From assembly GCF_964213995.1 (NCBI RefSeq), contig NW_027590261.1:186001-250000 (forward strand): DNA of 64,000 nucleotides, written 5' to 3'. The notes below the pieces were generated by a model. That model worked only from the letters and a program-made list of their open reading frames with translations, was not told the origin of the DNA and ran no database searches. Origin of the DNA: Mustelus asterias. Taxonomy: Eukaryota. The number at the start of each line of letters is the position of its first letter. Position 1 is the stretch's first letter. Shown here piece after piece: positions 10,760 to 23,488 of this stretch. The position numbers and the translations under genes are program-made.

Positions 10760-12235
10760 CGGATGAATTGGAGAACAGGAGGCCGTGGAGCTGATGAGAC
10801 GTCACCAGTTGATTCTTTCAGGAATGAACCAATCGCTGGAGAGACCGGATATATATGAATATCTTCACAGAAACAATTACAGGTTCACCCATTCTGTTTA
10901 ATTCCGCAATAAACTTGCTGCAAACATGTAGGGTCTCGTTTTGTATTAAGTTCTCACTGTTTCAGCTCTCTTACTTGGTCAGTCAACAATTTAGACAATC
11001 TTCCTCTTGCAAGCAACTTCGACATTAATTTAATTTCGCTTTGTTGCAAATTACAATGTGATCCGTTCCCTAATGCTATTATTTACAATCAAATGATAAT
11101 GACATCTTAACGCTTGATGTTTCTAAATTTCTGCAGGTGTCATTGCTGCAGACTCGATCTCACAGGAGCCGGTGATAGCGATGTTTTCTGTAAAATAAGA
11201 AATGCTGATTTTTTTTGACGCACTGAAAGGAAAGAAACGTTTCGATTTTGACACCGTGCGCATATCCGCATCTCGTTCAGTCTGCAGCAGAATTGAATGG
11301 GTTTATAGGTGCAGACTAACATCGTTAATCACCACCTGAAGCATGTCTCATAGTAGTGTGTGCTCAAAAAGACAGACACAAGTGATACTGCAAGTGGACG
11401 AGAGGAAATGGCGCATATTTCCCAGAATATTTTTTACAAATCGTTCGTCATAAAAAAGAAATAGGAAAAAAACACTCAGCCAGATGAGGAAATCGAGACT
11501 CAGCGCGGAAATACTGGACTTTCCTGTAGATGGCCGGAATTTATACACCTGAATGTTTCAGGCCCAAAATAAAAAAGGCCAAGTGTAACTAACAGATATG
11601 TTTTCAACCTCTTCCATTTAAATGTTGTTGACTTTGTTTAAACGCTGACTATAGTCAATCGCAAAATTGCGATCTCTATTATCCGGTGACTCGATTGCTT
11701 CTGTTAGGCAGTTTTGTTTGCAATTCAGTGATATTCAATTTCAGAGATATTCAATTCATAATGAAGACATATGTGTTAAATAATGCATTGATATTAAATA
11801 TTGAAACAAATACTGAGTACAATTGTACAATGAGCTTTGATAAAGTGCCATCTGGATTTGAAACGTCAGCTCCTTTCTCTCCTCACAGATGCTGCCAGAC
11901 CACGTGAGATTTTCCAGCATTTTCTCTTTTGTTTTCTGATTCCAGCATCCTCAGTAATTTGCTTTTATTAATGAGCACAATCGGTTGAGAATTTTCAATG
12001 GACGATGAGAATGGATGCATTAATGAATGAGCAGAAATCATTGGTCCCGTAGATATTTGCCAAACGAACGCTTTTAAATTTTGAAGTTCAAGATAATGCG
12101 AGCAATCAGATTGAAAGTAACGGTTTTCTTCCTGAAACAAGTGACATGGGCTCTCAGTCAAACCATTGGAACCTGCAGAAACACAGCGCAGTTAACATTG
12201 CAGATAGATAGATTTGCTGGAGTTTGCTGCCAGCT

Positions 12236-12292
12236 GTTTCTATAGTGGTTATCACGTTCGCCTCACACGCAAAAGGTCCCCGGGGGGAAACG
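12236..12292 (+). pseudogene. tRNA-Val(CAC) pseudogene, copy 1
   Basis: GTTTC..TAGTGGTTATCACGTTCGCCTCACACGC..AGGTCCCCGG..GGAAAC. Lacks one GTAGT unit and the T loop (B box). Confidence 0.8.
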
Positions 12293-13437
12293 TTCATTAA
12301 GTTTTCTCATGTCGGGTGAAGAAATCTGCGTGATTTCAGTTCGTTGCTCAACATTATCCGAACTTTGATGTGACAGCCAAATTATTTTTGCTCTAACCTG
12401 AGCCTCAAATGCTTTCTGTAAAATAAGAAATGCTGATATCTCTTGACGCACTGACAGGAAAGAAACCTTTCGACTTTGACAACGTGTACATATTCGCATG
12501 TCGTTCAGTCTACAACCGAATTTAATGGGTCTATCAGTGCATAATGACATAATCACCATCTGGAACATGACAAATAGTAGTGTGTGCTCAAAAAGACAGA
12601 CACAAGTGATACTGTAAGTAAACCAGAGGAAATGGCGCACATTTCCCAGAAGAGTTTTTATATCGTTCTTCATAGCAAACAATTGGAAAAGCCACTGAGA
12701 CAGATGAGGAAATCGAGACTCAGTGCGGATCTACTGGACTTTCCCATAGATGGCCGGAATTCATGCGTCTGAATGTTTCGCGCCCATGACAAAAAAAAGC
12801 TCAAGTGTAACTAAGAGATAATTCTTCAATCCCTTCCATTTAAATGTAATTGACTTTGTTTAAAAGCTGACTATGGTCATTCTCAAAATTGCGATCTGTA
12901 TTACCCGGTGACTCGATTCATTTGGTGGTCAGTTATGTTTGCAATTGAGTGATGTTCAATTTCAGAGATATTCAATTCATCATGAAGACGTGTGTTAAAT
13001 AATGCGTTGATACTAAATATTGAAACAAATACTGAGTACAATTGTACAATGAGCCTTGATGAAGTGTCATCTGGACACGAAACGTCAGCTCCTTTCTCTT
13101 CTCACAGATGCTTGTGAGGTTTTCCAGCATTTCCTCTTTTGGTTTCAGATTCCAGCATCCTCAGTAATTTGCTTTTATTACTGAGTACAATTGGTTGAGA
13201 TTATTCGAAGAAAGATGAAAATTAATGAATGAGCCGAAATCTTTGCTCCCTTAGAAAAATGATGGGCGAACGCTTTTAAACTTTGACGTTAAAGTTAAGT
13301 TGAGCAATCAGGTTGAAAGTAACGGTTGTCTTCCGATTTAAGTGACATTGGCTCTCAGTCGAACCATTGGAATCTGCAGCAACACAGCGCAGTTGAACAT
13401 TGCAGACAGGCCCATTTGTTTTAAGCTGTTGCCAGCT

Positions 13438-13499
13438 GTTTCTGTATTGTAGTGGTTATCACGTTCGCCTCACATGCGAAAGGGCCGCGGTTCGAAACA
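13438..13499 (+). pseudogene. tRNA-Val(CAC) pseudogene, copy 2
   Basis: A box, anticodon arm and GGTTCGAAAC are present; the 3' T-stem/acceptor strand is deleted between two GAAAC repeats. Confidence 0.8.
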
Positions 13500-15824
13500 T
13501 TCCTTAAACTTTTTCATGTCGAGTGGGCAAAATCCGTATGATTGCAGTTCGTTGCTCAAAATTATCCGAATCTCGATGTTAGAACCATATTATCTTTGCT
13601 CTGACCTCGGCAAATATTAACCGTAAAATAATTAATGCTGATAGTTTTTTGACAGACTCATTGTACAACAGAATTTAATGGGATTATAGGTGCAGACTAA
13701 CATCGTGAATCACCATCTGAAACTTTTCTAATAGAAGACTGACACAAGTGATATTGTAAGTGATCTATGGGAAATGGCGCATATTTGCCAGAAGATTCTT
13801 TTTTTTAAATCGTTCTTCACAACAAAGAAATAGGGGGGGAAAACACTCAGGCAGATGAGGGAATCGAGACTCATTGCGGATCTACTGGACTTTCCTATAA
13901 AAGTGCATCACCCACCCTCCACCTCAACAGTGGAACTAAATGAGCCAAAACCTGAAATGAGAACTTGAATGTATATCTGTGCGACCGATGAGCGGAAATG
14001 GCAACTTAGATGACAGAATGACAGGTTTTCTGACAGATGTCACTTTCCATCAGCCCTCCAATCAAAATCACTAAAATCGATGACCTGATTATCACTTTGT
14101 TCTTTGTGGAGTTTGAAGCGCACCTATTAACTGCCAAGACTCCTATATTAAGACAGTGATGAAAATTCGAAGACTTCTTTGGGTGTAAAGTTCTTTGTGA
14201 AGTCCTGATGTCATGAACGGCGGTATATAAATGGAAGTCTTCCTTTATTGCCTTTGAGAGACAGCGTGCGAATCAGAATCAGAAGATGCGATGGAAACGT
14301 TTACACTGAGTGCATTTTAACCGTTACATCAAACTCAATATCAGGAGTTTCTTACTCAGTATCTTTCGGAATCTGTACATCTTCGTGTCACTCTATAGCT
14401 CTTCACCTCGACAACCCTATCTCTGAACTTATTGTGTCCCTCACCATGTCTCTGCACCGGGAAGGAAGATAGTGGAAGAAATATGCAGACAAATTATGCA
14501 ACAATAGTAATGGAGATTTATATTGTCTCGTATTAATTCTATGCAAGAAGTCGGTAAAGGAGGTAACCGAATAGCTTCTACGATTGGTTTCAGATGCTTA
14601 TATAATCCGAAATGTTGGAAGAAACACCAACAAGGGAAGATTTGCTATTGTATCTTGTAGTCGGGAAGAAAGCAGATCAGATCCGAGAAATAACTGGAGG
14701 GGAACGTTCAGCAATACAGATCATACTTCCTCATTAAGAGGTTCGAGATGAGTAAGTGTTTGACGGAAATCAGCTAACCACTTGATTCAGTGACAGGTAT
14801 CCTGAATGGTACACAGTGAACCAGAATGTTTGAGTGATTCAGGTAGATGACTGAAAATTCAATAAATAAACTCTCATGTCTGTTTGAGCTACATTGCTGG
14901 AAGTAAGCTTACCAGCGCTGCTCCAATTACGTTTGCATAAGGAATATGGAGTTTAGGGAATGCAGTTGATGAAAAGATCAATAATTGTCTTCGAATCCAT
15001 ACAGTGCAAAAGGAGGCCATCAGGCTCTTCGAGTCTGCAGTGACTCTCCGACAGAGTATATTTTCCTGGTCCTCTCCTGCTCCATCACCGTAACCCCACA
15101 GATTTCTCGTGGCGATTTATTCTAACCCACAAATATTTGACAAGTTGGAATGCTGAACGCATCTAACCTGCACATCATTGAACTGTCGGAGGAAAAGGGG
15201 CACCCCACACAGACACTGGGAGCATCTGCAAACTCCACGTAGCCTGGAACTGAACCCGGATTCCTGGAATTATGAGGCAGCAGTGCTAACCACTGTGACA
15301 CCACTGTACCAATTAATGACAGCCAAGCACACACGATGGGGTGAATGGCCCATCGCACGATCTGCAAATGTTTTGGATTTGCAGGATTCCCTTGGTGGTT
15401 TACACACTTCGCTGTGCGGATGTGAGCAGTGAGGATAAGGTGGTGCTGCTCCATTGGATGACTGTCGATAAAACGCGAAGTGCAGCCATGGTCTGCTCCA
15501 CTACTTTTGCCTTCACCGTCTTTGCCCGGGTGCAGACAGCAGCGGAATGAATCGCTTCAGCAATTGCTGATGGCGGGTAGTGGGGCTGATCAACAAGGAA
15601 GGATCACTGCTTAAATCTGGTGAACATTATCCATTTCCAACCAATCCAAGAGCAGAGAACACACGTGAATTTAAATGTATGTCGCTAACTTTAGCTATCT
15701 GCTTCTTATTTACACCGCCAGTCTCATGGTCTCTACTAATGACGGATTCATTAAATGAGACAAATAGAAAGGGCACATTGATTGTCAGGTAGCAATGTGA
15801 AAACACCGCAACGACGGTAAGTCA

Positions 15825-15840
15825 CGCCACCTGCTGGTGG
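15825..15840 (-). promoter_or_regulatory. CTCF-consensus motif
   Basis: Minus strand CCACCAGCAGGTGGCG, about 0.5 kb from the inverted V relic. Confidence 0.55.
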
Positions 15841-16374
15841 TTTCGGGTAGCTTTGTTTGTCGAGTTTGTCAAACTCTGTTGTCACCCTTTGAATTATTTG
15901 AATTAATTTCCAGTCATTTGATAGCGACAAGGAGGTTTACAAAAAATGAGAGGTTGGTATAACAGAGAGACGGAAGCAATGAGACAGAGTTATGAGGAAA
16001 GTCGCATAAGACACAGAAGGAACCAGAAAATGCGATTCTTCACAGCTCTCATTTATTGGCGGGGAATATCCATCAGTTCCGGCAGAATAGCCAATCCTGT
16101 CTCTGGGAAATGCCCCTCAGTTTCTCAAAAAATAAACCCAGACTATAACAGGGGCTACCCTTTACACTGGATTGGAATCACCGGCAGAATTAGAGCATTT
16201 TGTTACTTTGTATCGAGATGTATACACGGAAACCATCTGTTCTCCATGCTCCTTACTGATTATAATGATCTTGCTGCCCGGCGGGTCCATTATTAAATGT
16301 TAACCATGTCATCCAGTGGTTATTTTTAAACCCTGACTTTTGAGCTAATCTGTATTTACGTGACATGAATGAGT

Positions 16375-16657
16375 GGCAAAACTTCAGTGTTCCAGGCTCA
16401 TTTCGAATTGACAATTCGGGAAGGACAGTGTGGACTGGACTGCCGTTACTTGATAATCTACACTACCCCAGCTCTCCACTGGTACATGCAGTCTTCCGGG
16501 GAAGCTCCGAGATATTTGCTGAAGAAATATAGCTTAGGGGGTGAAGAAAGGTCCCCAAGCCGAGGTTCTCTGCAGATTTGCTGAAGGGAAACAAAACAGT
16601 TCCTTTATATCTTCTGTCGAATACTGCCGTGTATTTCCGTGCGATGGAGACACATAT
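16375..16657 (+). pseudogene. Inverted, degenerate TCR V pseudogene
   Basis: SVFQ...EGQCGLDCRY...LHWYMQSSGEAPRYLLKKYS, a frameshift, then RFSADLLKGNKTVPL...SNTAVYFRAM (second Cys>Arg) and a degenerate heptamer CACATAT at 16651. Confidence 0.75.
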
Positions 16658-17839
16658 GGAGCGGATCCAGGAGACGAAACTCCCCAGAATGGGTGTTCCA
16701 GTTGGTGGCCAGAGGATGACGCTGTCACACCGATAAATAGGGACAAGAATTAAACTCAGTGGGAGTCACAGGAATCTTCCGAAAAGAACAAAATATAACC
16801 CCCCACAAGAAGAGGTGAGGGACACTTGCGGAATTGTATTAGTTGGTTTTAACTCGCGTACATAATTAAACTCGCCGTTATAAATCTATTTGATCTATTT
16901 CGTTGACTTAGTGTTTTGAAGCTGTTTCCATGCCTCTCTGTAACATTAAACAACTCTTCCTCATCTCCCCTTTTAGATTTCTGGAGCCTTTGGCCCGAGA
17001 CCAGTTCTCTGGTTTTTTTTGATCAGACTGTGCTGTTGCGTCCGAAACAGTTTATGAAAAATGAACAGATTTCAGAACTCATTGACTTTGATCATTCAAT
17101 TGAATTTCACAATGTTTCCCAAACAGTATTCAAATATTCATCTGATTTACAGAATCAAGGAGCAGCGACAAACAGATGAACAAGCCAGATATGATAAGAA
17201 GTTTAATGCTACCCTGGTATCAGGTGGAGACAGTCAGGGAGATGTGGAAATTGGCTGCTCGGATTTGTTTGAGAAATCAAAGTCACAACTTTATGAAATG
17301 TGTTCAGGGTGTGCAAGCTGTCTGGAATGTAGCAATAGTGATCAAATAAACGCTATGAACAGCTCACCCTCAAAGGCCCCCAGAAACTGAAAAGGGAGAT
17401 GGAGCGAGTGGTGTTCAATATGGTAAGCAGGCATGGAAAAAGAAGGAAAAGGACAAATAGGGACTTCGGGATCAGAGGACGTCACACAAACATGGAGAAC
17501 TGTCCGTCTGCTGTGTGTGTGGCGCTTCACGGCGAGGTTTGACGGATGTTTGGGATTTTATCACCCAGGTCTGATTTTAGAGGAAAACAGAGTTGATTAG
17601 CAGGAGAAGGGACGATTTAATTGACACATTCATTATGTGATGGACTTGTCGGCCTAAAACGGTTCTGCAGTTTGTTTTCTCGGCCTCTCCTGGAAACAGT
17701 TCGGTGACAGTTGATCCGAGGTGAATATGGTTTCCTGTCGGTTTGTGTTTGAGCGGCTGACAGCGCCGCTGCTCATTGTGGCTGCATCTGCCAGAGGTTC
17801 TATACAGCAGCGAGGAGCTCTGACTTATCTTGCTGAGAC

Positions 17840-17878
17840 AGTTTTTGTACAGGACTCAGGCTGCTTTCCATCACTGTG
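17840..17878 (-). promoter_or_regulatory. 23-spacer recombination signal sequence
   Basis: CACAGTG (17878-17872), 23-nt spacer, ACAAAAACT (17848-17840). Confidence 0.95.
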
Positions 17879-18336
17879 AGGCTGAAAGCGCAGTAATACA
17901 CGGCCGCGTCAGACAACTGCAGATCCGAGATAGTCAAACTGATGGATTTCTTCGGGGTTTGGAGGTCAGTCGAGAAACGGATTTTCGCAAAATCTGCTTT
18001 ATCTTCATCACCCCCCGAGTACTTCTCCAGTATGTACTCGGGCTGGGAGTCTGGATGCTGTCGATACCAGTATAAATAATAGCTGGTTTCTGCAGTATCA
18101 TAGTTGCAGTTTAATGTCACCACGTCTCCTTCTGGCTTAACATCTGAGGACAGCGGCTGAGTGACAGAATCTCCATGGGTCAGACCTGGAAAATATGTTC
18201 AAATAGATAAAGAAAAGAGTGACGTGACTCAACAGTAAGATTCCACCCCAGTTTTGGAAATGAGAAAACTAACGTGATGCCCAGAAATACCTGTTAGAAA
18301 TGCCCCCCACACAATCCAAATGACGAGTATCTTCAT
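17879..18336 (-). CDS. TRAV: Intact T-cell receptor alpha/delta V gene segment (leader 18336-18291, 105-bp intron, V exon 18185-17879)
   Basis: MKILVIWIVWGAFLTG|LTHGDSVTQPLSSDVKPEGDVVTLNC...YLYWYRQHPDSQPEYIL...RFS...LTISDLQLSDAAVYYCAFS. GT/AG splice sites, in frame, both Cys and the Trp conserved. Confidence 0.93.
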
Positions 18337-19084
18337 TGTCTCTGTCCGCTCTGTGAAAGCGGAATTGGTTATTTGAAGACACCCATTCTAAATCCCCACC
18401 CTTAATAATCTGACGACATTTCTCAGAGGCTCATGCGTCAGTTCCGTGTCTCGCCAGTGGCACCCTGAGATTGGTAATTGCTCAGATGACTATCAGTGAA
18501 TAGAAGCTCCCCAACCTGTACTACATTCGGTGTCACTGTTGGGCGAATTGTTCCGCTTTGGAAACGGGATGTCAAGAAAAAAACCTTCATTTTGTTATTG
18601 GAACGGAGGAGCAAGGAGTGTTGATACATTTGGTGGATTTCCAATCAATGTTCTGTGCACATTCTCTTAATTTTAGCATCCGAGCATTAGTGCCTGAGCC
18701 TCAGTGAGAGTCCAGAGAACGGTGGAGGCTGTGGGCCACTGAATAATTTTAAAACTGAGTGAAACCAACATTTTAACGAAAATGTATGCCACGGTTCAAG
18801 AAGATCAAGGCAGAAAAGTGGATTTAAACGGAAATTCAGATGAACAGTAATCTGACTGAATGTTAGAGCAGATTTGCAGGCAGTCTAATTTTTATGTTCG
18901 AATGTTGAGATATCGGTGGATGGGCTGTGAATACCATGCAATCTTCTTTGTTTTACTGAAGGTACAGAGAAATCAATCAATGAAGTCTAGTTGCCTGTAT
19001 ATTATTCCTGAGATAATGTAAAGCGTGTACTGTGGGTGCTGTCCTGAAAGCTGGCCATGCACTGTTGGAGAACAGATATCCACT

Positions 19085-19121
19085 CCATCTGATGAAGGAG
19101 CTGTGCTCCGAAAGCTTATGG
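19085..19121 (+). ncRNA. Minimal type-I hammerhead ribozyme motif in a PLE terminal-repeat fragment (fragment runs to ~19180)
   Basis: CCAT-CTGATGA-A-GGAGC(TGT)GCTCC-GAAA-GCTT-ATGG: conserved core, stems I and II, palindromic stem III. Confidence 0.65.
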
Positions 19122-19949
19122 TATTTGCTACCAAATAAACCTGTTGGACTTTAACCTGGTGTTGTGAGACTTCTTACTGTCTGAAATCAGCAGGGTTAGG
19201 ATATGAAATTGTCATGGTGCAGCTAATTGTGACATTGCCGTTTCTTCAAAGGTCCACTCAGAGACAACCCGATGCACTGTGTGGTTGTGATCCCATTCTG
19301 ATATAATGTACTGGGAAGAGTCAACTTTAAGAACTTGCGCTTTTTCTTATTAATTATTATCAACATGGGAGTCACTGGACAAGTAGTTCAAGGGCCCAGA
19401 ATAATGCTTTGGGAAAATTAGTTCAAATCCCACCATATCAAATCGTTATATTTCAATTCGATTTTGGAGAAAAATGGTCAAAAATTAAATTTAGAAAAGT
19501 CAAGGTTAAATTTAAATGTGATGAATTGATATTGAAAGCTCGTCGCATTGATGGTGCTGGAACGCTTTCACTGCAAATCCACCTAGTTCACTAATGCACT
19601 TTGTGGAAGGAAATATGCCATCCTAGCGAGGCCTGGAATGTGTGCGATTGCAGAATAACAACAATATAACGAATTCTCAAATATCCCAGCCCGGTTCGAG
19701 GACAAAACGTGATGGACAGAAATATTGTCTTGTCACCGACGCCCAATTAATAATTTTTAAAAAGAGTTCATATCATTTGAATAATGGCAATGCCTGAGTT
19801 ACAGCGGTCAGGAGAACAGCATATTCTTTACTTTCAATTGGGAAGAAAACGCTAAGTGAGAAGTGAGAAAATTGATGAGGAGAGGTCGGTTGTGGTTCTG
19901 CTTCCTTCTCCCCGAGTCTATGACTACAGTTCGGAAAAAATCCCCGTAA

Positions 19950-20152
19950 CACTAAGGGGCTATTTAGCATGACCAATGCACCTAACCTGCAAATTTTTGG
20001 ACTGTGGGAGGAAACCGTAGCATCTGGAGAATACCCAGGTAGACACGGAGAGAACGTGCAAACTCCGCACAGACAGTCATCCAAGGCCGGAATTGTATCT
20101 GGGTTCCTTGCGCTGTAAGGCAGCAATGATAACCACTGTGCCACCGTGCCGC
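19950..20152 (-). mobile_element. HE1/V-SINE family copy
   Basis: Minus strand GCGGCACGGTGGCACAGTGGTTA...TGTGCGGAGTTTGCACGTTCTC...TTTCCTCCCACAGTCCAAA. Confidence 0.8.
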
Positions 20153-20834
20153 TCATTTAGTAATGCAGGACACGTGAGGTAGGCCAGAGAGAGGGGGCGA
20201 CACAGAGCAGAAAAAATAGACTGCGGGCTTTGTTGCCAATAGCAACGGTATGCCAATGGTACCAGAGACATTGTCCGTGTCATTTCAAGTTTGGAGAAAC
20301 ATGTGACGACTGCGCCCTCTGACGGTGACTCAGGGTACGTGACACTGTCCGCAAGCGCAAGGTTGTCGATGGGCAGACTCCAGCGGTCTTTTATTGAGAG
20401 ACGTGTTTTCAAACAATTCAACTATGTAAACACACGCTAGGGAAATATAAATAAATTGAAAGAACAGTGCATTCTGTGTCATTTCTGAATCTCTTCCTTT
20501 CTGTCCTCCCCCCATCAGTTGGCTTTGTATTTCGCACTCGTAATGTCTCACTTTCTTTCATTTCTCCTTCCATACTTTTCAAATTGGTTGTCCTCTGCCT
20601 GTAATCCTAAGCAGAAAACGATTTCCAGAATTTTGACGCAAGGAACGGCGATATGGTTCAAAATGAGGATGGTGTGTGGCTTGAAGTGGTGCCGCAGAAT
20701 GTGGTGTTCTTGTGCATCTGTTCCTCTTCTCCTCAGAGATGAAAGAGATTCCGGATTTCGAAGGTGCTATCGAAGCAGGCCTGGCGGGTTAATTTAATCA
20801 AAGTTTCAAGTACATACATTAACTTATAATGGAA

Positions 20835-21215
20835 GAACAAAGAACAATACAGCACAGGAACAGGCCCTTCGGCCCTCCAAGCCCGCGCCGCTCCCCGGTC
20901 CAGGATTGAATCCTGAATCCAGGATCCCCGCCCAATTTTCCAGCCTATCTACATCCTAATATCCTATCCACCGAGCTGTCCCTCACAGCTACGATGCTTT
21001 GTTCATCACAACCTATTAACTCACCCCCACCCCCCCATTCCAGACCATGTGATCTCCAGGGAGAGGCGAAAACCCAGAGTGAAAACCCCAGGGCCAATAT
21101 GGGGAAAAAAATCTGGGAAATTCCTCTCCGACCCCCTGAGGCGATCGAAACGAGTCCAGGAGATCACACTGGCCCTGATCGGAAAATGCTTCCCAACCCT
21201 ATTCATTTCCACTTC
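20835..21215 (-). mobile_element. CR1-type 3' UTR or CR1-tailed SINE
   Basis: Minus strand GGGGTCGGAGAGGAATTTCCC...TTTTCGCCTC motif and a terminal GGGCCGAAGGGCCTGTTCCTGTGCTGTATTGTTCTTTGTTC tail. Confidence 0.55.
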
Positions 21216-21619
21216 TAGACTGTGGTTTTGTTGGTTAACAAATAAGGATCATTGGACACCGTTATTTTTAAGAAGGTTTGTTTATTGATGAGAAACGTTG
21301 CGCAAACCTGGTTATCCAGATTGCCGAGTGACATTGATTTATAGAGTCCACTCTCTAAGCCTCTTGTGTCGTCCACCTCCTCCTCTTCCAGTTACCATGC
21401 CCCAAGAGGGCATTGGTGACCATGGATGTCCATTTGACCGCTCTGTGATTTCAAAGTACTCCAGCGGTCTGTCATTGACTTCTGCAGTATTGTTGACCAG
21501 GTATCGGTTCCGTTCCCATCACCTGCCATCAGCAATACTGAAAGGATTTACAGGCTGATAATCAACGTGTTGACCTCGTTAAGAACATGACCATCAAGTT
21601 TGGTAGTTTGTGTTCTGTG

Positions 21620-22150
21620 GAACGAAGGGAACTTGGCGTGTTTGTCCACAGATGTCTGAAAGAGGAAGGGGATGTTAGTAGGGTGGTGAAAAGGGCGTAC
21701 GTGACACTTCACTTTGTCAATCATGACATAGGTTGCAAAAGCAGGGAACTCATGTTGGAACTGTGCAGAACTTTGGTGAGGCCACAGCTTGAGTACCGTG
21801 TGCAGTTCAGGTCGCCACATTCTCGGAAGGATGTGATTGCAATGCAGGGGGTGCAGAAGATATTTACCAGGATACTACCTGGGATAGAACATTTAAGTTA
21901 TGAAGCAAGGTTGGGTAGGCTTGGCTTGTTTTCGTTGGAGCAGAGAAAACTGAGGGGCGACCTGATCGAGGTGTACAAGATTATGAGATACACGGACAGA
22001 GTGGATAAAGAGCAGCTATTCCCCTTAATTGAAGGGTCAGTCATGAGGCGAAATAGGTTCTAGGTGAGGGACAGGAGGTTTCGGGGGAATGTGAGGAAAG
22101 CCTGTTTACCCAGAGGGCGGTGACAGTCTGGAGTACGCTGCCTGGGAGGA
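21620..22150 (+). mobile_element. CR1 LINE ORF2 C-terminal fragment
   Basis: LVRPQLEYRVQF...LGLFSLEQRKLRGDLIEVYKIM. Confidence 0.85.
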
Positions 22151-22224
22151 TTGCAAAATCTCTTCCCAGCATTTTCTTCCAAGTCCCGCAGTTTGATTTG
22201 AAACAGCACAGCTTCTGTTTGTAG

Positions 22225-23488
22225 CTTCACCACAGACTCAAACTTCACCACAGACTCAAACTTCACACACAGACTCAAACTTCACACACAGACTCAAACT
22301 TCACACACAGACTCAAACTTCACACACAGACTCAAACTTCACACACACAGACTCAAACTCCACACACAGACTCAAACTTCACCACAGACTCAAACTTCAC
22401 ACACAGACTCAAACTTCACACACAGACTCAAACTTCACACACAGACTCAAACTTCACCACAGACTCAAACTTCACCACAGACTCAAACTTCACCACAGAC
22501 TCCAACTTCACACACAGACTCAAACTTCACCACAGACTCAAACTTCACCACAGACTCAAACTTCACACACAGACTCCAACTTCACACACAGACCCAAACT
22601 TCACACACAGAACCAAACTTCACACACAGACTCAAACTTCACACACAGACTCAAACTTCACACACAGACTCCAACTTCACACACAGACCCAAACTTCACA
22701 CACAGAACCAAACTTCACACACAGACTCAAACTTCACACACAGACTCAAACTTCACACACAGACTCAAACTTCACACACAGACTCAAACTTCACACACAG
22801 ACCCAAACTTCACCACAGACTCAAACTTCACACACAGACTCAAACTTCACCACAGACTCAAACTTCACACACAGACTCAAACTTCACCACACACTCAAAC
22901 TTCACACACAGACTCCAACTTCACACACAGACTCAAACTTCACACACAGACTCAAACTTCACACACAGACTCAAACTTCATCACAGACTCAAACTTCACA
23001 CACAGACTCAAACTTCACACACAGACTCAAACTTCACACACAGACTCAAACTTCACCACACACTCAAACTTCACACACAGACTCCAACTTCACACACAGA
23101 CTCAAACTTTACACACAGACTCAAACTTCACACACAGACTCAAACTTCACCACACACTCAAACTTCACACACAGACTCAAACTTCACACACAGATTCAAA
23201 CTCCACCACAGACTCAAACTTCACACACAGACTCAAACTTCACACACAGACTCAAACTTCACACACAGACTCAAACTTCACACACAGACTCAAACTTTAC
23301 ACACAGACTCAAACTTCACACACAGACTCAAACTTCACCACACACTCAAACTTCACACACAGACTCCAACTTCACACATAGACTCAAACTTCACACACAG
23401 ACTCGAACTTCACACACAGACTCAAACTTCACACACAGACTCAAACTTCACACACAGACTCAAACTTCACACACAGACTCAAACTTCA
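22225..23488 (+). repeat. Minisatellite, 18/19-bp unit CTTCAC(A)CACAGACTCAAA, roughly 67 copies
   Basis: Directly visible near-perfect tandem array with interspersed variants. Confidence 0.97.

Larger units (their letters stand above)
11180..13897 (+). repeat. Decayed tandem array, about 1.2-kb unit x about 2.3, each full unit carrying a tRNA-Val pseudogene and a PLE-derived fragment
   Basis: Landmarks recur, e.g. cagatgagg(a/g)aatcgagactca at ~11481, 12701 and 13852; tttctgtaaaataagaaatgctgat at ~11185 and ~12413. Confidence 0.85.

Noticed and set aside
17800-18336. IgNAR, NAR-TCR or IgH V identity
   Set aside because: DSVTQ start, WYRQ, full-length CDR2 region, no octamer noticed and no adjacent D segments; fits TCR alpha/delta V better.
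22225-23488. CRISPR-like array
   Set aside because: Contiguous tandem units with no unique spacers and no cas genes, in eukaryotic context.
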